A stretch of DNA of 64,000 nt from a virus (Duplodnaviria > Caudoviricetes), in IMG/VR virus record IMGVR_UViG_3300032305_002766, positions 1-64,000 of that record; one strand, written 5' to 3'. Positions 1 to 10,425 of this stretch are shown one piece after another. The position numbers and the translations under genes were made by a program. The number at the start of each line of letters is the position of its first letter. Within the stretch, counting starts at the first letter, position 1. Under the pieces are notes generated by a model, which worked only from the letters and a program-made list of their open reading frames with translations, did not search any database and was not told where the DNA came from.

Positions 1-619
1 AAGATTTAGTTTTTCCAGTACAAGCATTATGTATATTACTTTGTTTCAATCCTAATTCTTTAGCAGCTACTGCACCACTAGACCATTCTTTTATAAAATT
101 CATATTAATATCATATTGTAATAAAGGTATAGATTTAGCTTTTATTATTGCTTTTATATGATAAGTTTTTGGTAAGCCTTTATCTTTTCTTGTTTTTGTT
201 ATTATATTACTTACTCCTTTTTTAGATTTACTTATTTTATTTTTATGGTCTTCACTTAAATTTTTTCCTTTTAACCAATAATTATTTCTTCCTTTATGGC
301 ATTCTCTTTTTTTAATTTTTGTTTCTTCACTATCATAAGATCCAAACCCTCTTCCTAATCTATTATTAAGATGTTTATTGGATAATACATTATAATATTC
401 TCCCCAATATATTTCTTTTTCATCTAATTTATTTTCAGAACATTCTTCTATTATTTCAAAAATATGATTTTCAAAACCATGTTTTAATAAGGAAGCATAT
501 AAACTAGGTTGATCTTTACATGATAGATTTTTATATTTATCCCATCTAGTTTTTATATTAGTGGTTTGACCAATATAAATTCTTTTATTTGGATTTGTTA
601 TTTTATAAATATAAGCCAT
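1..619 (-). CDS. GIY-YIG homing endonuclease with NUMOD-type C-terminal repeats (runs off window edge)
   Basis: Not in the ORF track; hand translation from ATG at 619: MAYIYKITNPNKRIYIGQTTNIKTRW...HKGRNNYWLKGKNLSEDHKNKISKSKKG...LLQYDINNNFIKEWSSGAVAAKELGLKQSNIHNACTGK, open to base 1. Confidence 0.85.
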   Translation of the reverse strand, partial: MAYIYKITNPNKRIYIGQTTNIKTRWDKYKNLSCKDQPSLYASLLKHGFENHIFEIIEECSENKLDEKEIYWGEYYNVLSNKHLNNRLGRGFGSYDSEETKIKKRECHKGRNNYWLKGKNLSEDHKNKISKSKKGVSNIITKTRKDKGLPKTYHIKAIIKAKSIPLLQYDINMNFIKEWSSGAVAAKELGLKQSNIHNACTGKTKS

Positions 620-620
620 A

Positions 621-1808
621 TTATCCTATAAAGATTGTCATTGGTACTTGATTCAATTCATTTACACGAGCATTAGATTCATTACTTCTTCTTTCAAGTA
701 AAGATTGACGTGATGTTTGATCGAAATAATCTCGTAACCTAGTTAATAATGCTTCTTTTTCTGAAGCTGCTGAACTTACTAAACCATCTCCGTTTAGAGT
801 TACTTCGGCTCCTGGAATAGGAATGGATGAATATTTGTTACGAACTAAACCTAATATTTCTTTAGATAAAGCTAATGTGTATTCAAATATCCAGGATCTA
901 CCTACGGAATTAATCTGATTGTAGTTAGGATTACCATAAGGAGCATTTGATGTATTTGTTACTCTATTTATATCGGTACCAAATCCTGAATTTAATCTAT
1001 CTTCTATTTTAATAAAGTCAAATATTAAATATTGACCATATCCTAAATCATCTATTTCATCACCTATTCCTAATAAATCTGTTCCAGGAACAGGGAATAC
1101 TGATAGAATATTATTTACAATATTGAATGTATAATTTGAAAGTGTCACTGTATTCTGCATTTCAATGGCTTGAATGTTTTGAATTGTGAAACTTGTAGGC
1201 ATCATTAGATAATTTGTATAACCATATCCCAGGCCATAAACACCTGCAGCTGGGACTCCTCCTAATCCTCCAGGGCCTGTGCCTAAAAATGGAGAATATA
1301 ATTGATTAATTGCTGGGGGTGGTTGGTAAAATACATTTTTAATTTCAATTCCACCTGTTATACTTTGAGAAATAGCCCATAACGATAAATCGTAATCTTG
1401 AACACCTGGTGTAAGAGGTAATTGGCCTTTAAACCAAGTTACATTACCCCCTGCTCCTGCTTCCTCACCATATTGTTGAGAAATTCTAACAATACCCGCC
1501 ATTGTAGGAGTAACTACTGTATTGTTTAATAAAGAGGCAGTTTGTGTTCCTTCTAAACTTAAATAATTATCTCTAATTTGAAAACCATAAAGTTCATTTC
1601 CATATACCGTTACTGCTTCTTCAAAGGCCGTATAAAAATTTACTGATTGTAATTCTACGTTTTCAATAGGGTATCCTAAACGTAAAGCACAAAATTTTGC
1701 TACTTTATCAGCATCAACTTGAAATTGATATTGGTTATCATAGAACCCAAATGGTGTTTGTCCAGGGAAAAATGATGATGAACCGGGCCAGATTGGAATA
1801 TTTGCCAT
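621..1808 (-). CDS. Neck / head-tail connector protein, T4 gp13-like
   Basis: 395 aa; LRLGYPIENVEL and C-terminal GLVRNKYSSIPIPGAEVTLNG resemble gp13-type neck proteins; structural context. Confidence 0.6.
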   Translation of the reverse strand: MANIPIWPGSSSFFPGQTPFGFYDNQYQFQVDADKVAKFCALRLGYPIENVELQSVNFYTAFEEAVTVYGNELYGFQIRDNYLSLEGTQTASLLNNTVVTPTMAGIVRISQQYGEEAGAGGNVTWFKGQLPLTPGVQDYDLSLWAISQSITGGIEIKNVFYQPPPAINQLYSPFLGTGPGGLGGVPAAGVYGLGYGYTNYLMMPTSFTIQNIQAIEMQNTVTLSNYTFNIVNNILSVFPVPGTDLLGIGDEIDDLGYGQYLIFDFIKIEDRLNSGFGTDINRVTNTSNAPYGNPNYNQINSVGRSWIFEYTLALSKEILGLVRNKYSSIPIPGAEVTLNGDGLVSSAASEKEALLTRLRDYFDQTSRQSLLERRSNESNARVNELNQVPMTIFIG

Positions 1809-1861
1809 ATTTTTTTGATTATAAATATTAGCAAAAATTAAATTGTGTTAGATTAAATATT

Positions 1862-2404
1862 TTAAATCCTTTTATTTTTAATTAAAAAACCTAAAGATAA
1901 TGTAATTCTAGGGCGTTTACCTTTTACTGTTATACTTCCATGTGGTATTTTTCCAGCTTCACACCTCCATACTGTTTTTTCTTTGAATGAATTAACTGAA
2001 TTACCATATATAGAGTCTCCACCTTCCTTAGGCCAGGATAATATTACATTATATCGTACATGAGTATAACCGGGAGCATTTACATCTTTATGAAATTGGA
2101 TGGATCCACCTTCTGAGATGTATCCTATATAATCAAGCCAAAAGGGTTCAGGTATCCATTCTTCTATAGATTCAACATCAATTATTCTCTTCTTGATAGT
2201 TTGTATAAGGGGATATGGATGTTCCTTATGGGTTTTAAATATGTAACGTTTACGATGAGAAGTAAATAATTTAGAAAGATTTTTATCAGAAGGTAATGTA
2301 AAATTTTGTTCATTTTCACGTACCCAATCCATTAATTGAGTATGTTCATCATTTGTTATAAAATCTTCATAACCCCACGTACCTTGAAATTGAATATGTT
2401 TCAT
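1862..2404 (-). CDS. 2OG-Fe(II) oxygenase superfamily protein
   Basis: HxD (FHKD), distal His (IPHG) and RxT/S (RITLS) motifs in a 180-aa ORF. Confidence 0.75.
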   Translation of the reverse strand: MKHIQFQGTWGYEDFITNDEHTQLMDWVRENEQNFTLPSDKNLSKLFTSHRKRYIFKTHKEHPYPLIQTIKKRIIDVESIEEWIPEPFWLDYIGYISEGGSIQFHKDVNAPGYTHVRYNVILSWPKEGGDSIYGNSVNSFKEKTVWRCEAGKIPHGSITVKGKRPRITLSLGFLIKNKRI

Positions 2405-2432
2405 TAATGATAACTATTCAATTAAAGTATTT

Positions 2433-3311
2433 TTAAATCTCTTCAATAATTTGGGTAACGTCAAACATTTCTTCTATACTAAAATATGGACATTCGTGAG
2501 TTATACCTTCAAATGAATAATCAAATAAATAGGAATCTACTAATTTAACTGCATTTGATGGTGGGTTAGCTTCAATATTTTTATGCATTGGGTATCCAAA
2601 GTTTTTAGCTGAGGTTCCAATCCAAAATACATTTGATTGGAGATTTAATGCGGTTGCAGCATGTTGTAAGGATGAATCAATTAATACACGTTTATCGCTT
2701 ACAGCTAATAATGCGAATAAATCCATTGCCTGTAAGGGTTGGTCAATTATTTCAGCCCCTTCAATTTTTAATGAAGATGGTTTACATACTTGAACAATAT
2801 GGTGAGTTTCTCTATATTTGTCTGCAATTTGTTTAGATATCATAAAAGGGATATCTCGTGTCCATGAATATTCTAAAGCGCTGTTTAAAGGTCCACCATT
2901 AGTTTGTATCAAAAGAATAGGTTTCTCTCGTTGCCATTTAATAGAATTTCTTTGTTGTGTAAAGTTAAAGTTTAAAAATGGTGTTTGAAACGTATATTTA
3001 ATATCTAATAACTTACACCAGTTTGCAATTAAGTGTTTATTTTTTAAGATATGTTGTGTCTCAAAATATGGTTCATGTCTAAAAATTAATGTATCTTTAT
3101 CCTTAATATAATCATCATAAAAATATTGAGTAGAACCCATTTTATAAACACGATGAGCATCGGGATGATTTAAAAATACTTCTGGGTAAGAGGCAACTAT
3201 GATGATTTTTCTATCATAATATGTTTCTTGTAAAGAAGTTAATAAAGAGGTAGCGGCAACATTTTTACCTAATCCTCCTTCAATATGCCAAACTATATAT
3301 TTTTCTTCCAT
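2433..3311 (-). CDS. GT-B glycosyltransferase (GT9/heptosyltransferase-like)
   Basis: N-terminal HIEGGLGK and C-terminal LIDSSLQHAATAL resemble GT9 GxDSGxxHxAxA. Confidence 0.7.
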   Translation of the reverse strand: MEEKYIVWHIEGGLGKNVAATSLLTSLQETYYDRKIIIVASYPEVFLNHPDAHRVYKMGSTQYFYDDYIKDKDTLIFRHEPYFETQHILKNKHLIANWCKLLDIKYTFQTPFLNFNFTQQRNSIKWQREKPILLIQTNGGPLNSALEYSWTRDIPFMISKQIADKYRETHHIVQVCKPSSLKIEGAEIIDQPLQAMDLFALLAVSDKRVLIDSSLQHAATALNLQSNVFWIGTSAKNFGYPMHKNIEANPPSNAVKLVDSYLFDYSFEGITHECPYFSIEEMFDVTQIIEEI

Positions 3312-3757
3312 AATTTTTTATTTCCTATTTTGATATATTTGTACCATACTCGTTCGTGAAAAAAGTAGATAACTGGTTTTAATAATAATTCTCCAACACC
3401 TAATAATGAAGATAATTCAAGGGATGCACCTAATGAATAAGCCACAAGTATCGTTGTTAAAGTCCCTAAAATACGATAAGAAAGGGTTTTTAATATGTGA
3501 CGTGTCATGACAGCATCTTCTTTTACTGTAGTAACATATGCTATATTATTTTCAATACATACATATCCTTCACAACTAACGTGCCATTTATATTCTCCAA
3601 TTTCTTCCATCCAATCCATTGTTGTGTAAGTATGTCCATTGATAATGATATCAGATACTAACATTTCACTTCCATTAGTGATTAGTCTCCAACGTTCAGT
3701 ATCATTGGTACTGTTAACATTAAATCGAATTTGGAATTTTTTTATTTCCATTTTCAT
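3293..3757 (-). CDS. DUF2061-like membrane domain fused to an unknown N-terminal domain
   Basis: C-terminal RHILKTLSYRILGT...KPVIYFFHERVW matches the KxxSxR...Y..HERxW pattern with hydrophobic helices. Confidence 0.7.
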   Translation of the reverse strand: MKMEIKKFQIRFNVNSTNDTERWRLITNGSEMLVSDIIINGHTYTTMDWMEEIGEYKWHVSCEGYVCIENNIAYVTTVKEDAVMTRHILKTLSYRILGTLTTILVAYSLGASLELSSLLGVGELLLKPVIYFFHERVWYKYIKIGNKKLWKKNI

Positions 3758-4158
3758 AACTTGCCTTCTTTACGCATTTGTTCTCTAACTTTAGTAGCTG
3801 AAATTTCGGCTACAGATGTGGGAGGAATATGCTCAATAATATCGTAACCAACTCCTCTACCAAACTCAACCGAACATATGTCAGGAATAACACTAACTTT
3901 AACTCGACCTTGTCCACAAAGTTCTTTATATTCGTTCCCAATATTTTCAAGTACTTCTTGGGCATTAAATGGGTTTGATTCTGTTGTTTCAACATCTCTG
4001 ATTGCAATCCAAACATTTTTACCTTCATCTAAAGCTTGTTGGAATAATAATTTGTGCCCATCATGTAGTGGTTGCCAACGACCAATAAACATTGCATATT
4101 GATTCGGTTTAGATTCCAGTGATGACTGTACGTGTACTTTTTTGCTCCAATTTTGCAT
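3754..4158 (-). CDS. HxGH nucleotidyltransferase (cytidylyltransferase-like; candidate minimal ATP sulfurylase)
   Basis: FIGRWQPLHDGH (HxGH) and ISATKVRE (SxTxxR) motifs; adjacent to APS kinase. Confidence 0.75.
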   Translation of the reverse strand: MQNWSKKVHVQSSLESKPNQYAMFIGRWQPLHDGHKLLFQQALDEGKNVWIAIRDVETTESNPFNAQEVLENIGNEYKELCGQGRVKVSVIPDICSVEFGRGVGYDIIEHIPPTSVAEISATKVREQMRKEGKL

Positions 4159-4579
4159 AACTTTTTATTTTATTCAAACATTCTTCAACTGAAATATTAG
4201 TTGTATCTAAAGCAAGATAATTTTCTGTGGGTTGTTGATAGTTTTCAACATGAAAATTTTCTCTACCTCTTATTTCGGTAGTATGAATATAAAACTCTTT
4301 TATGGAATCTCCAAGTTTTGTTTTAAATTCTTCACGTTGATCTTGATAAGGGGAAACTAAAGATACAACTACATTACATCCTTTGTTGTGTAAAAAATGA
4401 GATAATTGTTGAGCTAATTCAATATTTTTACGGCGACCTGCCTCGCTATAATCTTTATTATCGAATATAGCACGCAGGTCATCTCCGTCAACATGAAATG
4501 TATTATCTAATTCTTGCTTTAAAGCAGATGCTAAAACTGTTTTACCGTGTCCAGGTTGACCTGTAAACCAATATATCAT
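4109..4579 (-). CDS. cysC: Adenylylsulfate (APS) kinase
   Basis: WFTGQPGHGKT P-loop, DGDDLR, VVVSLVSPY. Confidence 0.85.
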   Translation of the reverse strand: MIYWFTGQPGHGKTVLASALKQELDNTFHVDGDDLRAIFDNKDYSEAGRRKNIELAQQLSHFLHNKGCNVVVSLVSPYQDQREEFKTKLGDSIKEFYIHTTEIRGRENFHVENYQQPTENYLALDTTNISVEECLNKIKSYAKLEQKSTRTVITGI

Positions 4580-4595
4580 AACTTTTTTAATTGTT

Positions 4596-4838
4596 TTATG
4601 CTACGTAGGCTTTTCCAGCAGTAATACATGCATTAATATCAGTTGCTTGTTGTTCTGTGCATCCTGCTACAAACCAATCTTTTGCAATCATAATTTCAAG
4701 GTGTTCAACGTTGCGTTTTACGGTGTCTTTACGGTTATCAGTTACTTCTTTAGTGATTTCGTTATTAATTAAATTAACTGAATCAAATGCTGCACTAATG
4801 TGTTGTTGAACTTGTTCTGGGGTTTGTGTTTCTTCCAT
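4596..4838 (-). CDS. Hypothetical protein, 80 aa
   Basis: ORF fills the gap; preceded by the TATTTATA motif. Confidence 0.6.
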   Translation of the reverse strand: MEETQTPEQVQQHISAAFDSVNLINNEITKEVTDNRKDTVKRNVEHLEIMIAKDWFVAGCTEQQATDINACITAGKAYVA

Positions 4839-4858
4839 TTTGTTTTTGTTTATAAATA

Positions 4859-5680
4859 TTAAATATAGTTAAAAGCTCTAAAATACCAATCATAATGTTC
4901 GCGTAAACGATTACTATTTTCTTTTCCTAATATCTGAATGTAGTCGTTTTTAACTGGTTTTACTTGAGGTTGAATCGTATGATCTCCAAAAATACCATGA
5001 ATAATATCATTTTCGTGAGTTAATTGCTCAACATTGTTAAAGTCATGTTTAAAATATGGTAATCCTAAATATTGGTAAATTCGTTTAAGTTCGGTTTCAG
5101 GATCTGTTGTTAAATCTTCAAATCGAACAAATAAAATTTCATTTTCTTTACCACGTTGAAATACTTCAGATAACCATTCTAAAGAAGGACCAATAGGAAC
5201 ATTAACTGAGAACCAGTCAATACGAGCATTTGTAGTCATATTTTTTAGTTCAGCACCATTTACAATTCCTGGATCTTTATCTGGATTGTTTCTGAAGTTT
5301 TTTTCCATTGATGAAAATATAGCTCTTAAATCACGAACCATACAAATCATTTTTGGAGTTTCATCAGTAAAAAATTCAATAAATTCAGAATGACCTAACC
5401 ATCCTCTACTTTTTTCCATTACGTAAGGACGATCGGTTATACCGTTATAAAAACCGTGCAATCCAGCTTTACAGAAATGTTTAAAACCGGATTTCATGTT
5501 TTCAGGGTCTTGGGCGCGAAATGCATCTCCAGTTGTATAAATGCTTCTTGCATTTAATAAAAATTCTATAACACCTGATGTAGGAGTTGAATAGATATCT
5601 GGGTTTTGCATTAAAATGTTTTGGATCAAAGTTGATCCTGCTCGAGGCATTGAGGGGTTATAAAAAACTTTTTGTACCAT
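4859..5680 (-). CDS. PAPS-dependent sulfotransferase
   Basis: 5'-PSB loop SMPRAGSTL and 3'-PB motif MVRDLRAIFSS. Confidence 0.85.
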   Translation of the reverse strand: MVQKVFYNPSMPRAGSTLIQNILMQNPDIYSTPTSGVIEFLLNARSIYTTGDAFRAQDPENMKSGFKHFCKAGLHGFYNGITDRPYVMEKSRGWLGHSEFIEFFTDETPKMICMVRDLRAIFSSMEKNFRNNPDKDPGIVNGAELKNMTTNARIDWFSVNVPIGPSLEWLSEVFQRGKENEILFVRFEDLTTDPETELKRIYQYLGLPYFKHDFNNVEQLTHENDIIHGIFGDHTIQPQVKPVKNDYIQILGKENSNRLREHYDWYFRAFNYI

Positions 5681-5698
5681 AGATTTATTTGTTTTGTA

Positions 5699-5730
5699 TT
5701 AATATAATGATTTTTTTTTGATTTTCCAAA
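5699..5730 (-). promoter_or_regulatory. Class A promoter TTTG-N20-TATATTAA upstream of the sulfotransferase
   Basis: Exact 20-nt spacer; resembles Bacteroidota -33 TTTG / -7 TAnnTTTG. Confidence 0.65.
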
Positions 5731-5735
5731 CTATT

Positions 5736-8700
5736 TTAAACAAGTAGGATTTTCTGTGCAACTCCATTAATTACTACAGACCAGGTTTTAGTTGCTGTAC
5801 ACGTTTCTGTTGTTACTGCTCCAGCAATTGTTCCTGAACTACCTACTACAAATTGGTTATTTGCAGTTGCTGTTGCCCCTGTTCCTAAAATAACTGAATT
5901 GGAAAAATTACCTGAAACTGTGTTATTACCTATTGCTATATTATTTGTTCCAGTTATATGATTAAGTAAAGCACTATTACCAATTGCAATATTAAATCCA
6001 GCACCGGCTGTGTTATATAAAGAACGGAAACCCATTGCTATATTATTACAAGCGGTTGTAGCATTACGTAAAGATTCAAAACCTATTGCTACATTTACAT
6101 TTCCGGTTGTATTATAACGTAAAGCATTAGAGCCTACTGCTGCATTACAAGCTCCTGTTGTATTACGATATAAAGGAAATATACCACCTATTGCTGTATT
6201 ATTATCTCCTGTTGTAGTACGTCTTAAAGCAGCACCCCCAATGGCAGTATTGGAATTAGAGGTTGTGTTTTCACGTAAAGCAGCTACACCTATAGCTGTA
6301 TTGAAACATCCGGTTGTATTACGATACATTGTACAACCACCTATTGCTATATTGCAATATCCAGTTGTATTGTAACGTAAAGTTTGGCAACCAATTGCAA
6401 GATTGTGACATCCAGTTGTATTACAATTTGAAGAAAACCACCCTAGTGATATATTATGGTTTCCGGTTGTATTACAACGTAAAGCACTAGAACCTACTGC
6501 TATGTTACAAGCTCCGGTTGTATTAACGAATAAAGCACCACTTCCTAGGGCTATATTGCTACAGGCTGTTGAATTACAACATAAAGCACTTGAACCAAGT
6601 GCTATATTACCAAGACCAGATGTATTACAACGTAAAGCATGTTTACCTATTGCTATATTATAACACCCGGTTGTATTAGCACAGGAAGCATATCTACCTA
6701 TTGCTGCATTATAGCCTCCAGTTGTATTATTACGTAAAGCACCGCTCCCAATTGCTGTATTGTAGGCTCCAGTTGTATTCAAACATAGAGCAACTGAACC
6801 TAATGCTGTATTATGTTGTCCTGTTGTGCTACATAGTAAAGCTTGTCCACCAATTGCTATGTTATGAAAAGCTGTTGTATTCCCATTTAAAGCAAATGAT
6901 CCTATTGCCGTATTATATCCACCACTCGTATTACAATACAAAGCACGATTCCCTATTGCTGTATTGTTATTTCCAGTACTATTACGGCGTAAAGCACCGC
7001 ATCCAATTGCGTTGTTATAGTTTGCAGTTGTACTGCATCCTAAAGCACACGCACCTATTGCGGTATTATGGATTCCAGTTGTATTGAGTCGTAGAGAGCA
7101 ATATCCTATTGCTATATTATTCCCTCCAGTAGCAGAACTACTAAATGCAGTTGAAGTTGAGCCAATTGAAATATTTGTTGAGACACTTCCACCTCCAAGT
7201 CCAATAAATAAACTATTAATTGTGCCATTTGAACCACTTGTTGAAATTGATCCGGTTACTGCTAATGATCCTGTAATTCGTGCTGAACCTGTGAATGGGA
7301 AGGCTGCGCCTCCACCTGAACTAGGTGCCCAAGAAGCTGATACGGCACATGAAGCGGTACCAAATAATGAACCTGTAAATCCACCTGCTGTTAATTGTCC
7401 AAAAATACAAGCACGTGTTGTACTTGAATTACCAATTACAGTTGTATTTGAACCTGATCCTATTGCATTAGCACCAATTACAATTTCATTGGTATCACCG
7501 CTTACTAATGGTTTAGTACAATGACCTAAAAGAACTGAGTTGCATAAAGAGGTTATGTTACTGTCTGTTGAACTATATCGACCAGCATATCGACCTACTG
7601 CTACGTTTTGGGTTCCGGCTGTGATTCTATATAAAGCACGAAAACCTATTGCTGTATTTCTTCCTGCGGTTGTATTACAAAATAAAGCTTGGGAACCAAC
7701 GGCTGTATTAGAGTATCCGCATGTATTACAACGTAAAGCACGATCACCTATTGCTGTGTTAGTATTACCACAGTCATTAGCAGCTAAAGCACATGCACCT
7801 ACTGCGGTATTGTTACATGCGAAGCTAGCTGCATTTAAAGATAAAGCATTAAAACCTACTGCTGTATTGTTACCACCACTATAATTACAAGCTAAGGCAC
7901 ATGATCCTACTGCGGTGTTACTAATTCCAAGAGAATTAGTCATTAAAGCTTTATAACCTATGGCAACAGTGTTACTAACACCAGTGCTTTCAAAAATCCC
8001 ACTTAGTCGTAAAGCCATGTAGCCTATTGCTACATTATTGATTCCGGTTCGATTGAATTGGTTTGCATTGTGGCCTATTGCTGTGTTTCTACACCCAGTG
8101 GTATTACGATATAAAACGTTATAACCTATTGCGGTGTTAAAAATTGCAGTTGTATTTCCCTGTAAAGCGGATTTACCTATTGCTGTATTATTGGTTCCGG
8201 TTGAATTAAAACGTAAAGCATTATATCCAAGGGAAATATTATTACATCCCGTTGTATTAGCATATAATGATCTATATCCTATTGCCGTATTAAAACGACC
8301 AGTTGTATTAGACCGTAAAGAATTATTACCAATTGCTGTATTTCTATATCCTTCGGTATTACTTAATAAAGCATTTATTCCTACTGCTATATTATTTTTA
8401 GAATAATTTGATTTTTGGTTAAAACTAGGCCAGCTGGTTGGGGTAGCAGGACATATACTTCTACCAGAATTATAACCTATAAATATATTACAATCGGTAC
8501 ATGTATATGTGTTATAAAATCTATAATAACCACCATATTCTTCTGAAATGTACTGACAGATGGTTGTTACTTTGGTTCCGAAAGTACATCCTGCATTAGT
8601 TCCGATTGCAATGTTTTGTTGCGTAGTTGTAGCTGCTGATCCAGTTACACCGTATCCTGCTCGATATCCTATAAGAATATTATTACTACTTCCCAATAAT

Positions 8701-10382
8701 CTTGCTCCTGCTCTAAATCCAATAGCAACACTAGTAATGACTGATCCGGTTTGTAATGTTTGATATCCGATTGCTACGTTACCATTAGCTGTAGTATTAC
8801 TACATAAAGCATTTTGACCAATTGCAATATTTCTACTACCTGAAGTAGTTGCTCTTAAAGAATTTTGTCCTAGAGCTATGTTGTTTGATCCACTGTTTAA
8901 ATTTAACATTGAGCCTGAACCAAGAGCAATGTTATTGATTGCGGCCGTATTTAAACTAGAGGAAAATGCTGTTGTTAATCCTATTGAAATATTAGATACA
9001 CCGTTTGTACCATTACCTTTTCCAATAAGTAAACCATTGATTGATCCTGTTACTCCTAATGAACCTGTAATTTGTGCTGAACCTGTGAATGGGAATGAAG
9101 CTCCACCCGGAGCCCAAGAAGCAGATGTAGCACATGATGCCGTACCAAATAATGAACCCGTAAATCCACCCGCTGTTAATTGTCCGAAGATACAAGCTCT
9201 AGTAGTGGATGAATTACCAATTACTGTGGTATTAGATCCTAAACCGATTGCACTGTCTCCAATTACGATTTCATTGATATCACCACTTGAAGATGGTTTT
9301 GTATTTGAACCTATTACGATTGAGCTACTTAGATTGGTTAAATTAGCATTAGCACTATTAAGTAAGGCAGCATTTGGTCCAAATACAATATTAGAACTTC
9401 CGGTTTGATTGTATCGTAATGCACGATAACCAATTGCTGTGTTATTGCTCCCGCCATTATTAGTATATAAAGCACAATAACCTATTGCGGTATTATGGAG
9501 ACCGGCTCTATTGTTATATAAAGTATTAAAACCTATTGCTGTATTATTTACACCGGTTGTATTAAAATATAATGCACCTTTACCTATTGCTGCATTACGT
9601 GCTCCTGTTGAATTTCTACATAGTGCCGTAAATCCAATTGCTGTATTATCACATCCGGTTGTATTTCTACATAAAGTATTATTTCCAATTGCTGTATTAG
9701 AATTTCCTGTTATGTTACCTTGTAAAGCACGCTCACCTATTGCTGTGTTATTACAACCTGTTGAATTATTACATAAACTTAGGCTACCTATTGCTGTGTT
9801 ATGATTTCCGGTTGTATTGCTAGATAAGTTATATGGACCAAGTGCAGTATTACACCCTCCAGATGTATTATCACGTAAAGCACGTGTACCTATTGCAATA
9901 TTACACATTCCTTGAGTATTACTATATAAAGCTGCTTTACCTATTGCTAGGTTATTATTACCATTTTGATTAACGGCTAATGAGCCTGATCCAATTGCTG
10001 TATTATTTAATCCAAAAAAAGTAGCAGGTGGTAGTGTGCTGAATGCTTTTGTAGCTCCAATTGATAAATTAGATACATTGGTTGCATTTCCGATACCTAT
10101 GAATAAGCCGTTGATTGTACCATTTGAACCACTTGTTGAAATTGATCCAGTTACATCTAATGAACCTGTAATTTGAGCTGAACCTGTGAATGGAAATGCA
10201 GGTGTTGATGGAGCAAATGAAGCTGATATGGCAAAAGAAGCGCTAGTAGCAAATGATGCACTAGTTACAGTACCTGATCCACTAAAAGATCCAGTTATAC
10301 CTTCAGTAACTGTAAGTGAGCCTGTTATATTTGAGTTTCCCTGTGAGAAAAACCCGTTTTTTATTAAGAATTCATTTGCCAT
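5736..10382 (-). CDS. Long fibre/adhesin, 1548 aa, three modules of 17-aa NTAIGxxALxxNTTGxx repeats
   Basis: About 55 repeat units by eye in three blocks, each opened by (A/S)FPFTGSA(Q/R)ITGSL; beta-solenoid-type repeats. Confidence 0.75.
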   Translation of the reverse strand: MANEFLIKNGFFSQGNSNITGSLTVTEGITGSFSGSGTVTSASFATSASFAISASFAPSTPAFPFTGSAQITGSLDVTGSISTSGSNGTINGLFIGIGNATNVSNLSIGATKAFSTLPPATFFGLNNTAIGSGSLAVNQNGNNNLAIGKAALYSNTQGMCNIAIGTRALRDNTSGGCNTALGPYNLSSNTTGNHNTAIGSLSLCNNSTGCNNTAIGERALQGNITGNSNTAIGNNTLCRNTTGCDNTAIGFTALCRNSTGARNAAIGKGALYFNTTGVNNTAIGFNTLYNNRAGLHNTAIGYCALYTNNGGSNNTAIGYRALRYNQTGSSNIVFGPNAALLNSANANLTNLSSSIVIGSNTKPSSSGDINEIVIGDSAIGLGSNTTVIGNSSTTRACIFGQLTAGGFTGSLFGTASCATSASWAPGGASFPFTGSAQITGSLGVTGSINGLLIGKGNGTNGVSNISIGLTTAFSSSLNTAAINNIALGSGSMLNLNSGSNNIALGQNSLRATTSGSRNIAIGQNALCSNTTANGNVAIGYQTLQTGSVITSVAIGFRAGARLLGSSNNILIGYRAGYGVTGSAATTTQQNIAIGTNAGCTFGTKVTTICQYISEEYGGYYRFYNTYTCTDCNIFIGYNSGRSICPATPTSWPSFNQKSNYSKNNIAVGINALLSNTEGYRNTAIGNNSLRSNTTGRFNTAIGYRSLYANTTGCNNISLGYNALRFNSTGTNNTAIGKSALQGNTTAIFNTAIGYNVLYRNTTGCRNTAIGHNANQFNRTGINNVAIGYMALRLSGIFESTGVSNTVAIGYKALMTNSLGISNTAVGSCALACNYSGGNNTAVGFNALSLNAASFACNNTAVGACALAANDCGNTNTAIGDRALRCNTCGYSNTAVGSQALFCNTTAGRNTAIGFRALYRITAGTQNVAVGRYAGRYSSTDSNITSLCNSVLLGHCTKPLVSGDTNEIVIGANAIGSGSNTTVIGNSSTTRACIFGQLTAGGFTGSLFGTASCAVSASWAPSSGGGAAFPFTGSARITGSLAVTGSISTSGSNGTINSLFIGLGGGSVSTNISIGSTSTAFSSSATGGNNIAIGYCSLRLNTTGIHNTAIGACALGCSTTANYNNAIGCGALRRNSTGNNNTAIGNRALYCNTSGGYNTAIGSFALNGNTTAFHNIAIGGQALLCSTTGQHNTALGSVALCLNTTGAYNTAIGSGALRNNTTGGYNAAIGRYASCANTTGCYNIAIGKHALRCNTSGLGNIALGSSALCCNSTACSNIALGSGALFVNTTGACNIAVGSSALRCNTTGNHNISLGWFSSNCNTTGCHNLAIGCQTLRYNTTGYCNIAIGGCTMYRNTTGCFNTAIGVAALRENTTSNSNTAIGGAALRRTTTGDNNTAIGGIFPLYRNTTGACNAAVGSNALRYNTTGNVNVAIGFESLRNATTACNNIAMGFRSLYNTAGAGFNIAIGNSALLNHITGTNNIAIGNNTVSGNFSNSVILGTGATATANNQFVVGSSGTIAGAVTTETCTATKTWSVVINGVAQKILLV

Positions 10383-10425
10383 GCCTTTTCCCTGTCCAAG
10401 ATATGTTTATTATAAATATTATGAT

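Noticed and set aside
4109-4158. Programmed frameshift fusing CysC to the HxGH protein (50-nt overlap)
   Set aside because: The downstream ORF has its own ATG, the shift would be +1, and no convincing signal is present; a simple overlap suffices.
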